This document shows positions 51,994 through 64,000 of a DNA stretch of 64,000 nt, piece by piece. The stretch comes from Chrysomallon squamiferum (taxonomy: Eukaryota; Animalia; Mollusca), in NCBI GenBank assembly GCA_012295275.1, contig CM022679.1, forward strand, positions 15,500,001 through 15,564,000. Direction: 5' to 3'. The translations under genes and the position numbers were made by a program. Each line of letters begins with the position of its first letter. Positions within the stretch are counted from its first letter, which is position 1. Below the pieces are notes generated by a model that worked only from the letters and a program-made list of their open reading frames with translations, did not search any database and was not told the origin of the DNA.

Positions 51994-52063
51994 TTAGGGT
52001 TAAGATTAGTGTTAGGTTTAGGGTTTGCTTTAGGGTTAAGATGAGGCTTAGGGTTAGGATTAG
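51994..52063 (+). repeat. Degenerate TTAGGG-like hexamer tract
   Basis: TTAGGG TTAAGA TTAGTG TTAGGT TTAGGG ... TTAGGG TTAGGA TTAG. Confidence 0.75.
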
Positions 52064-52904
52064 AAGTAAGTATGGATGTATATATGTATTTATGTATGTA
52101 TCTAAAGAAATAATAATAAAATAAATAAATAAATAAATATAAAATTCTTTAAATTAAAAATAAAACAACAATAATGACGACACACGGAACATAAACAACC
52201 TTAAAAAAAAAAAAAAAAAAAACGAAAAAAAAAAAAAAAATAAAAAAGGTACATACACCCCATTTAATATTTAATTTTTATAGGTATCAGTTTACATTGA
52301 AAAGCACATCAAATCATATGACAGTACAGCGTCAGGTGATTCACAACACATTTCACAATACGTCGCCTGTAACACATGACTAAAATTATCGTGATAACGA
52401 AACTGAATCCTACATTCTGAGATCCGAGTAGCAGATACGCCCATTATATTTAATATAATTACTAAATTGCTTTTTATTATGCTGTCAGTTAGATAAAAAT
52501 ACTTTGTTTGTCCCCGACACTTTTATGTCATAAAAATAAAAAAAAATAAAAATAAAAATAAAATAAAAAAAAAAATAAAAATAAAAGTAAAAAAAAAATA
52601 AAAATAAAAGTAAAAAAAAAAAAAAAAAAAAAATATAAGAAAAATATAAAAATAGCCATCATTGTGTTCAGTATCATAGTGAAAATGTGAGGAAATTATA
52701 TTTTTTTTTTTCTGTTGTTGTTAGTACACAAAAAAGGTAGGGGTAAAAAGAAATATGAACTTCAAGAGACGTGATAAAAGGGGTGAAAACCCCCCCAAAC
52801 AAACAATAACAACAACAAACGATAACTGTGCATCTAAACTGAAATAAGAGAGATTAATAACTCACGGTAAATTTTTAATATCTTTGCATTTTCTCTCTAT
52901 ATGT

Positions 52905-52919
52905 TTATCTATCTGTCTA

Positions 52920-53002
<83 letters not shown>

Positions 53003-53045
53003 GTATGTCTGTCTGCCTGCCTGTTTTTCCGTCTGTCTGTCTGTT
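52905..53045. repeat. (CTAT)n/(CTGT)n microsatellite
   Basis: Direct read. Confidence 0.92.
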
Positions 53046-53585
53046 TGTATAACTTCACAGCTTCTTCATTTTACTGGCTTTTGCAACATAGTTCTGTAAA
53101 AAGCCTCGTTCTAGATACAAATGTCGTTATTTAGCTGAATTGATTGGTTTATTAATTTTAATTTGTTTTCCCCCTTAGAAACCTGGTTAATTATAATGCA
53201 GTCATTTTGGTAATCATTATTTTTGCAAGATAGATTATATGATTAGATAGTCTCGCCACTTTTTATCAGTTTAGAAGAGTTTAAATTTTGTATGATAATT
53301 GAAATAGCAAAGTCATAACTTATTAAAGTCAATATTTTAACAATTACATTCATGCACTTTGACAAGTTTTAAATAAATTTCGTAAAAATGTTCATAAAAT
53401 GTGTAAATGAAACACGATGACAACAGTAGCAGCAACAGCAATATCATTATGAACCTAATCGTCAACAATAATAATAAAACAATAAGTAAAAACAGAAAAA
53501 AAATCCCACCAAAAATACAAAGAAATAAAAATAAACATAAATAAAAAATAAATTCATATATAAATAAATATATAAATAATATAAA

Positions 53586-53653
<68 letters not shown>

Positions 53654-54252
53654 CAACAAAATAAATAAATAAATAAATAAAGAAAGAAAGAAAATAAATA
53701 AAAATTTACATTAACAAATATTTATAGGTATAATCACTGTGTTATTAATTGTATACATTTTAGCTTAACAATAATAGTTGCTGAGAAATTTTATTTTCTG
53801 GGGGTTATCTTATTTTTCTACTTTCCCTATCACGTTTGTCTTTAAAAACATTTTTATTTTATAATTCTACTTAAAAACAGTGTATTGTTTGAAGCTGGGC
53901 AGCTGTTAATCATAACTTTCTAAGCAAACTGTTTTATCATAAATATTATAGGCAAACCTTGTAGAGATCTTTATCGAAAAAAGATTAAATATTAGCTCCA
54001 TGTTCCATCAAGTGTAATGTGATATACTTTATTCAGTGGTTCAAACATACACAAACTAAATGACTTAACAGGTATCATGTACAGTGTGGCTGAGAGACAA
54101 ATTTTAATTTTATATTTGAGAGTAACGTAGAAATAATATTTAGTCGATCAAATATAGGAACAAATACAAAAAGAATGAAACATTTCAGTAAAACGCACGC
54201 ACACAAATAAAACAAACAAACAAACAAACAAACAAACAAACAAATAAATAAG

Positions 54253-54299
<47 letters not shown>

Positions 54300-55421
54300 A
54301 ACATAAAATAAAATAAAATAAAATAAAAATAATAAGAATAGATAAATATATAATAAAATTATTCAAATATGAATGGCTAATATAAAAAGCATGAACAGTC
54401 GTAACTATCAAAATATTAATTATGAAATAAATTTTAAAACGATTATATGGATTTACATTTCATACATGCTCATACTTACTCTCATACAAAAACTTACACA
54501 CACACAAACACACACATTTACATACATATGTACAAGCCCACGTAATCATACCTTCACGCCAAAAAAAAAACCAAGTTGTTTTCAGTTCGAGAAGAACATT
54601 ACTAAAACTAACTGAATTATCAAATCTTCACCTTTTGTCCACGAGAATCAATTATTTACCCAAACTACCTATTATCTAAAGCACAAGTGCATACATTCTG
54701 AACGTTTTCTTATGTACACATGTTCCGTAATCCCCATTCCCAATTGTTTATACTTGTTCTCCAGATATTAAAACACATTCCGCTCTTAGGCGTTAATTAT
54801 CGTAATGTGCTTAATGACCAAGAAAATTGCTTGAAATGAAAACTCTGCGTCCACTTCCATCAATAATCACCGCACTTTAATCACTAATATGGACGTTTTC
54901 GGAAATTTATTTGCACCATAAAAAAACAGAATTCATCAACAGACGAAACGAATAATGTAGTTGTGGCAAAAGAGTGAAAAAAAAAAAAATAATAAAAAAA
55001 ATAAATAAAACAAATTAAGCTCGGCAAAATTCTTCATCTACAGGAAATAAATGGGGCGTGCAGTGAGACAGATAGTGATTAACATGGCTCCTCACGACAT
55101 ATTCTAATAAACTTTAAAAAAAGAAAAAAAGAAAAAAAGTAGATTAATAAATTATTTCGTTTCTGGAACATTTTGAATTGGAATATTTAAGTATATTTTT
55201 CTTGTAATTTATTTATGTAGCTATTATTTTGCCTTTCATGTATTTTTAAAGACACAGAACATATTTTTCAGTTACAAGGCTATTTAGATTACAAACAGAA
55301 TTTTGAATAGAACATAAAACGGAATAATATAAGAAACACTGAATGTTTTTAGGTCGAACTCGTTTATGTATGCCTATGTGTTTGGTCGTGTGTGCATATG
55401 TATATATTATGTGTATATATA

Positions 55422-55456
<35 letters not shown>

Positions 55457-57284
55457 CGTATACATATACATATGTATGTGTTCTTGATTATGTCTATATA
55501 CCCATATATATTATTGTAAGTATAGTATGTGTCAATATACTAAGAATATGCATGTGTTCGTTCGCTATTTTATTGACAAATGCCCAGACTGAATCTACTT
55601 AAAGTACAACATTATATCAGATTTTTCCAAAAACAAAGCTCCTAACACACAAGTCATTCAAACACATTTAATCCCTCGCTGTAACAAATTCCACAATTAA
55701 ACCTGTTTCACATCTTGCGCTGAATTCCACTCTCGGGCAGATGACGTCTGTTACGTGTGTGACTACGACGTCGTTTTGCTGTCATCTTGATAAGCGAACA
55801 AAGACAGTTTGGCTCGCTCTATCTGGTGACGTGCCACTTTCATCTTTTTCTGGACAAACATATCTGTTAAATATGACACATTAACTTGGGCTTGTTTCTT
55901 CTTGCGTTCCTCGGAAGGAAGGCTCGTGAAGGCGAATACGCACCAAGTACCTCTTTTGATTCCGAGGGGCGAAGGTTGTCAGCCTAAAAGAACAAACAAA
56001 ACCAACGAACTCCATCCATAGAGATGCAAGAATTCCAGGTTAAAGCGTACCTGGCGAAGTTAGAAGGACTCGATGGTTACAGAATATCTGACAGTGATGT
56101 TTGAAATTAATGACTGTTTTCGGAAAAGCTGGTAAACAACGAAAGAATTCTGTGAAATAATTTTGGATTACATACATCCGCAATAGATTATAATATATTA
56201 ATATGTATACAATAAATATTTTAAAAAGTACATTTTAGCATTTAGTGTAGACGTCGATTTTTCGTTTTTGTTCGCCACTGCACTGTAGTATATATAAAAA
56301 TAAAAAGTAAATTGTATTAAAAAGACACTAGTTAGTTCTTTGTTTTAAAGTACTATTTGATATTTCAGTTTTAATCAGTGATCTTTCCATGAAGGCGACT
56401 TATACTCGCGCTTGGCTTTTCGAAAGATTTTCAGAAAGGGGCTTTGGAAACAAAGGAATGCTTTGGTAGCCATCTTGTTTCGTAGTTTTGACGATAACAC
56501 TATCTCGCTACTTTTAGCGATAGTGTACGAATTTATTAGACCAATGGGGGTTTCGCTGTTTGTAAAGACCGCTCGCAATATATCACTGTGTCTTAATAAA
56601 TTGTGAAAACTTTACGACATTGTTCTTTATTGATAAGACCGATTTCTTGCAAATCAGGAGAACTCTCTTGTCGCGAAGGTAAAAACATCAACGCGAGTTT
56701 GAATGATGAGTTGGTGGGGGATTATGGGCACGTTACTAATGGGTGTTAAATTGTCGATAATTATTAATACACGTGGTGGGTCTGAAAGAGGAAACAAAGA
56801 GGCGATTTAACACTTCACATTTATCTTTATATTTTATTCACCCAGCTCAAATGTCGCAAAGAAAATTACACGGAATCGCTTGTCAGATTCTTAGACGCTA
56901 ACCGATTTTACGCCGTCTTTTTTCATTTTTAAATTTATTAATTTTTTATTTATTTTTTTTCATCGTGGCATGCTGGCACCCGATATCTAGGAACGGCCCG
57001 AACAAAGGGTGCCAAGGATCGCTGGGGGTGGTTTATTTTAGCATGATATCTCCAGGTCTTCGCTTACTTTTCACGTTATCTGCACCCGATATCACTGGTT
57101 TTGTGTGAAGCACTTAAGATATGATGTCATACATTATGATGTTATTAGGACGGCTTAAATTTATTTGACAGAAATTTAATTTTATTGGGTAAATTGATTT
57201 GTTTTTTATGTTCAAGAAAGGTTTTGAAGACGTGCAAAAGAAATATATGGAAATTAATATTAAACTTTAAAGTCATCTGAAATG

Positions 57285-57328
<44 letters not shown>

Positions 57329-57959
57329 CTCCTATAAAAGCGAATTAATAGAATTAAAATTTTTAAACTTACACGTTTAACAATATTTTATTTTTAAGAG
57401 ATATCTACACAATAAAAATAACGATATATAATAATAAAATTATATATAGAATAATAATGATAAATAAAATAAAGAAAAAAATGTTAAGAACATACACATC
57501 AAAAATATAAAATATAAGAAGGTAGAAATAAAGTCGAGATAAAATGATATTAAACATAAATATACACGTACACGCATATAATTATACACAGCTTCAAACC
57601 AAATACCAATATACATTTTTTCACAGAATATAAATTATTTTGCTGCATATAAATATGTTTTCATAATTTAATTTTTATCATTACTATATATAAATCTGCA
57701 TGTCTTGTAACTGAACATGTCTTGAAAACAGTTCAAGCCAGTATATGAGAAAATAAGTTAATAAATAAAATACAAATGTCATAAAAGATTGACATTAAAA
57801 CAACTACATAGCTTAAAGGAAGGAAACCACTAAATAATTAACGTGTGATTAACGCTTTGAAATGAGCCGCAGGTAAAACAGGTAAGATAAACAGAAGGTA
57901 AACACAGTCATTTTAAATTACCTGGAAACTAGAAATATTTTAATCAGAAAACACATGCT

Positions 57960-57964
<5 letters not shown>

Positions 57965-58048
<84 letters not shown>
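57965..58048. repeat. (AG)n microsatellite
   Basis: Direct read. Confidence 0.95.
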
Positions 58049-58052
<4 letters not shown>

Positions 58053-58237
58053 ACAATGTAAAATATGTTACGATTAATTTATAAAAAAGATGAAGTATTT
58101 TAAAAACTTCTAGATGATGAAGATAATAATAACTGAAGAGACTAAACAAAAAACAAGATCGTATACATAGAAAATTAATGATAAGGAATAATAATAATAA
58201 TGATGATGATAATAATAATAATAATAATAATAATAAT

Positions 58238-58272
<35 letters not shown>

Positions 58273-59008
58273 TGATGATGATGATGATAATAATAGTAAT
58301 AGTAATAATGATAACAACAACCAAAACAACAATTATTACTATTGTTGTTTATCATCGTATTAGTTTAGCAAATTTAAATGTTATAGTTAAGTTTTATAAT
58401 ATTATGTTTCATAAGATAATAGAGAAAAAAATAAAAAATAAAAAATAAAATAAAATAAAATAAAAATAAATAAAAACGCAACCAAAAACTCATCAATGCA
58501 AAAATATATTTTTCGATTGTCTAAAAATAACGTTGTGTTTTAAAAAAAGCAACAATATAAAATATATATATATATATATATATATAAATTTCACAAAATT
58601 GCAAGGGTGTGTCTACACACTCAAACACGCAGTGGATTGAAAAGTAAGCTGCTAACAAATAACTGTTTTAGAGATAAGAAAGAATCTGTGAGTGAATATC
58701 TTTGTTCGTGTAGTGTAGCCTGGATTCAATCAACACACAGTTCATTATGATTGACATGTTTTTTAATATCAAAAGTGGCAACGCGGGAGGCATGTATATT
58801 TTATCGAGGTTAGGCTAATAATTATTATTTATAAGAATTTAAAATATTTGTATTAAAAAAAACCATTTTTTAAAAAATAAATAGAAAGGTAAAATAAAAA
58901 TATTTGTATTTTAATTTATTTTTTCTTGCAGAAGTGCTGTTACTGTTGTTATGATTGTTATTCTTAAGTTGTGTTTGTTTATTATTATTATTGTTGTTGT
59001 TGTTGTTG

Positions 59009-59070
<62 letters not shown>

Positions 59071-59178
59071 ACTTAAAAATCCTCAAAACATATACCAGCA
59101 ACAAACAAAAATACTTATAAAAGTAATAAATAATTTTATTTTGATTATCGATTTTCTTTCCATTACTGCAAATCCAAC

Positions 59179-59246
<68 letters not shown>

Positions 59247-59449
59247 CAACAACATTAATAATAAAGTATCAACAACAACAACAACATTCTTCATTGAAAC
59301 AAAAATTTAAAAATCTCTGTGTATTTCATCTTTTTAATTACTTTAAAAAAAAAAAAAAATTCTTGTTTTAAATGAAGAACATACCACAGAGACATTTTAG
59401 TCATTAACTTAAATATTATGTTCGGTTTCATTTTCATTCACATGGATAA

Positions 59450-60030
59450 CAGGAAAAACACGTCGTGTGGGAGGTTGCCATCATCTGCAGTCGTAATCGC
59501 ATCGGCTACAACACGGATTAGAACGCCAGGCGCTCCGAAGTGTGGTCGGCATTAAAACCTCGTTAATATATGCGAAAATATAAACAAGGCTTTAACACGC
59601 TGCACTGGCTGGAAGAGAAGATGTTTAATATTGTGTCTTCTCCTTGTGCTGCAGTGATTGAAAATCGCAAAAACTAAAGCCCGGCCATAAAGCCCAGGCA
59701 TGTTTTCGTAGCCGTGTGCCGTGTTCCGTTAGCAGAAATCAGGGTAATATAAACTCATGGCTGATAACCGATACACGACCAGCGATTATTCTTATACCGC
59801 AGTTTGATCAGAAAATAGCAAATTGTCGGATAAACGTAGCACTTGAAACCGTCTACCCCGAAATCCTCTAATCCTCCGAAGCGTCTTTGCACTAGGCCGC
59901 CATCTTGCCTTCCCAGCATGCGTTCCAGGCTTTCCCGCGCCTAATTTGTGACAGTGGAAGTTTTGGTAATCTTTTTGTTTTGGTTTGGGAGCGCGTGACT
60001 TGGAATATGGCGTGCGTTAACAGACAAGAC
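59450..60030. promoter_or_regulatory. CpG-rich element with a YY1/ZNF143/E2F motif cluster
   Basis: GGCCGCCATCTTG (59895-59907), TTCCCAGCATGC (59910-59921), TTTCCCGCGC (59931-59940). Confidence 0.5.
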
Positions 60031-63000
60031 TGATGTCTTGTTGTGGAAATGCTACCTCTTCTGAAATATTGAATTGCGGCTTGTATATGCGTGAAATAAT
60101 TTAGAACTATTCTTTTAAAAATGAAAAAAAGAAATATACTTTTAAGACGTGGCATTAACAAATAATACTCTGGTATCAGACTTACCTGACAAACAAAAAG
60201 AAATATGTTGATTTTAATAAAAACACTCCATACCAACGTGTATGAAAACTTTATATAAGTTTGCATTAAAATATTATTGCATTGGAATAAAGCTATAACA
60301 ACAAAAATAACAACAGAAACACCAACAACAGCAATAACAACAATAACGACAGTAACAGCATGAAGAAAACAACGACGACAACAACAACAACAATAAAGAA
60401 GAACCATAACAAAGCCAGGACATAAACAAGGAAGAAGTACAACGACGACGATGGTGTCAACAACATTAACATAACTTTAACGGTTTCCTAATAAACCTTA
60501 CATAGCAGACATATTTCTTATTACACCTTAATACATATATAAGAAAAAGAAAAAAAGATTAATTTCATACTGGTGATAACTAATTTCATTAATAATGCAC
60601 AATGGCTTATAACACATAAAATGTGGAACTAGGAATATTTTTTTTTATAATTTCGACATTCAAAAATGTATTAAAATAAATTAAACATTAATAATTGAAA
60701 CACTAATTACATATTTATAATATTATGACATGTCACAGTGATCTGAAAAATGTTATTAATTGTACTGTCAAAGTCTCACATTTGTAATTTATCATCAGCT
60801 ATCAGTATCATCATAATCACTTTCACAACAAGATCAGACATAATAATTTATTTTTAAATAGGTTTTTTTTTAATAAAATTAATGCGTTGAATGTCCGACA
60901 TATATGGGAGCTAAATAATAAGGCTGAGTCTACATGGATTTGCTCCATTGTATTAGTATAACTCACTGTATTAGTAGAACTGGTTTGTTTGTGTGTTTGT
61001 TGGCCTGTGTGTCTGTCTGTGTGTGTGTTGAGGGATATCTTTAGGCCTATATATATATATATATATTTATATATTCACACAAAACCACAGTCATATCCAA
61101 CATACACGCCAGTATGTATGAGATCCATAAGAAGTTATATATATATATATATATATACAAACATGTATATCTATAAACATGAAAAGTTCTTTGTCGCAAA
61201 GTAATAGACTCAAAACTTGTACTTGTTGACACCTCAGCTGTGATTTAAAAATCCCATTTCAATAAATAAATTTAAACGTAGTAAGAAATTACAAAAAATA
61301 AATAAATCCCTACTTCGTATTTTAAGTGAACTGAGTACAAAGCTATATCGCAAAGTCTTAGTAAATCTACTTCATATCATAAATTAAGTCAAAATGAACA
61401 AAAGAGAGTTACTTTCTCCTGTCACTATTATCGCCGTCGATGATTAATGGGCCAATCAGCATCGAGGTGAGAGTGACCAATCGTAATCAATTTTTCTCAT
61501 TTGAATTCTTCCGCTGTTGCAAACGGTTGAAAAGACGCGTGGATGTCGGAGATAAGATACAAAAACGTTTTATTTATTCGTCCATTTTGCTAAAATTCGA
61601 TCACACCGAGCACTCTTAACTTGTCAGTCTATCAGTAATAAATTATCGGCTTCTGACTCAAGTTAAAGGTATGTTTATCTCAGTCTTGAAACTGATTAAT
61701 TTCCACTTTATGGGTATTACCAATCCCAGGAGGTGAAATCAAATAGAAAAGGAATTAAAGTATCAATAACAAGGGGGGAAAAATGTTCCCCTGCCTGATC
61801 CTTCCTATCAATTTATAATAAGTAACTTCGGCAGCAAGGTGATAGAAGTTTAATTAATATCATGCAATGTTATTAGATATCTTGTTAACAAGCATCACAT
61901 TAAACATTTAAAATGTGCCGTTTAAGCAAGCGAAAATTCTGATACTTCTGTGTTCAACGTCCAGTTTGTTGTTGTTATCATGATCATTATCAGTATTTAT
62001 TTATTTATTTATTTATTTATTTTGATTTAAATTCGTATTTTCGACGCTGGAACCAGTAGTGCCTCTGTTATTGTTACATGTGGTTTCTTCCTTTAATAAT
62101 AGTTCCCATTTATCAGCCAGTTTATCAAAGGCTGTGGTAAATGGTTCCCCGAATAAGGCAAAATTTCCTAATTCAAGCCAAAGATATAATTTGTTGAGAT
62201 ATCAGAAAACAAAGATTTTTGTTCAGTATTTCTTCCTATGTATCCATCCATTTATCCATCTATTCATCCAAGCATCTCTTTTCACTTATCTAATTAGATA
62301 TAAAAATACCTGAAAAGGTCAAAATAAATAACTATATTTTAATTTTAAAAAAGGAAACTAATTATTCATAAAGATTGCTGATTTATAATTTATTTTCATT
62401 CTGTCTGCTGATAACGTTTTCGTGCGCTGTTACTCAGGACACAGAGAGGTTAATAACTTCTAAACTTTAATAAAAGGAGCCCGCAGCGTCACATAAACTT
62501 CACCAACAGGTAAGCAACAAGGGGTCTTTTAGATGTACTTTCTAACGCCAACGCTAAAAAGTAAAAAAAAAAGAAAAAGATAAAGATAAAAATAGCAATA
62601 ATAAAAAATAAAAATACTTCTTGTGAAAACGGAAATGAATAAATCATTAGGCCGATGAGGATTGATCTCTCGACCTATCACACGCAGACTTTCACCAGAG
62701 GCCGGAACCTTAATGAATTAACCAACAGAATAATTTACTGGTATGCCAATTCGAACTATGACCTTTACGCCTTGCTTACATTATGCTGTCTAGTTGTGCC
62801 ATGTATCATTTACACATGGCTTGATGACGCCAAAAAGGCGTCAAAATAATCATTTTCGATTGTTTCGTTCCGCACGGAAAAAAATAAATAAAAGGAAAAC
62901 AGATGATGGAAAATTACATACTGATGATTATCTCGTTAACTGTTATACAACCGACGACAGCTGAGAGATGAAAGAAAACATGGCCCATGTCAGACATGTC

Positions 63001-63468
63001 TAAACAACCGGTCCCGTGTCTTCGGTTTGTGTGTGCGAGTGAAGAGACAATGGCGTGCTGAATAAATACAAGTGAAACATAACAAATACATTAAGCAATA
63101 TAGGTTAAATATGTCATTTTTTTAATATAATTGTATTTACTAGTTGCGTAGATCGATGACGACGACGACAACGTTGATTTGATAGTCACTAGTGAAACCA
63201 GTTATTAATAGCAACGACAACAACACAGTAATAAAAATATTAATAATAATAATAATGATTATGATGATGATAATGATGAACATGATGATCATGGCTATGA
63301 TTACATACATCCAGACATATATGTAGTATGGATGCACATAAAACATATATATGTAGATCAGTACGTATGTATGTATGTATGTATGTATGTATGTATGTAT
63401 GTATGTATGTATATATGTATGTATGTATGTAATCATAGCCATGATCATCATATTCATATATTCATCTC

Positions 63469-63520
<52 letters not shown>

Positions 63521-64000
63521 CTACCGATAGACTGTAGCCTGCAGCCCCAGTTGTTAGACCAGGATGTGATAGCGTGATAGTTGGATGTATATCTACATTA
63601 AACACTTGTTGTTATCTTTGTTCTTCTGGAGTTATTTTCGTTACATCCGAATCAGACGATAGCATCAGCATTATGACGATAAAACAACAACAACAAAACT
63701 TGTAACGTCCAAGAATATACAGACCGGTGATAGGTCTGATTTATATATAACAGCCAAAACAGTTTAGACGACTATTTTTGTAGTATGTCTGAGATAACAA
63801 TGAAAAGGTGTGTTGAATGTGTTTATCTGACAGTAATTGAATTAATTGTTCTTAGGATAAAAAATGAGCAATAAAACCCATTTGAACAAAATGTAAAAAT
63901 AACAATAGCAATAACAATACTAACAATAATAATAATAACAATACTAATACTACTATAATTAGAAGAATAGTAATAATAATAACAGTTACTGGTGAATCGT

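Noticed and set aside
62976-63001. p53-like half sites (AGACATGTCT plus neighbouring CATG cores); similar at 57696-57722
   Set aside because: Spacing is non-canonical; only one perfect half-site in each case.
63534-63645. TGT...ATTAAA...TTACA segment resembling a solo LTR
   Set aside because: Only about 110 bp, with no target-site duplication.

Overview
Eukaryotic, very AT-rich genomic DNA from an invertebrate animal. A mollusc or other lophotrochozoan is my inference from composition, repeats and protein divergence. Positions 1-19.3 kb hold a GBF1 orthologue (large Sec7 ARF-GEF) on the minus strand. I traced 35 coding exons by hand (18205 down to 156; all GT-AG introns, consistent phases, 5661 nt = 1887 codons; 3' end runs off the window), plus a probable non-coding first exon and promoter at about 19.1-19.5 kb. 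The remaining ~44 kb contains no credible protein-coding gene. It is a gene desert of CpG-retaining, motif-dense islands separated by microsatellites, and it carries a TSD-flanked FLYWCH/MULE-type transposon relic, a 16-bp-period degenerate array and a nested inverted repeat. The leading hypothesis is that this desert is the regulatory landscape of a developmental gene beyond the right edge; Pitx is a candidate because PITX3 is head-to-head with GBF1 in human. I found no prokaryote-style system, RNA gene or CRISPR array. Most long ORFs in the track are microsatellite artefacts.
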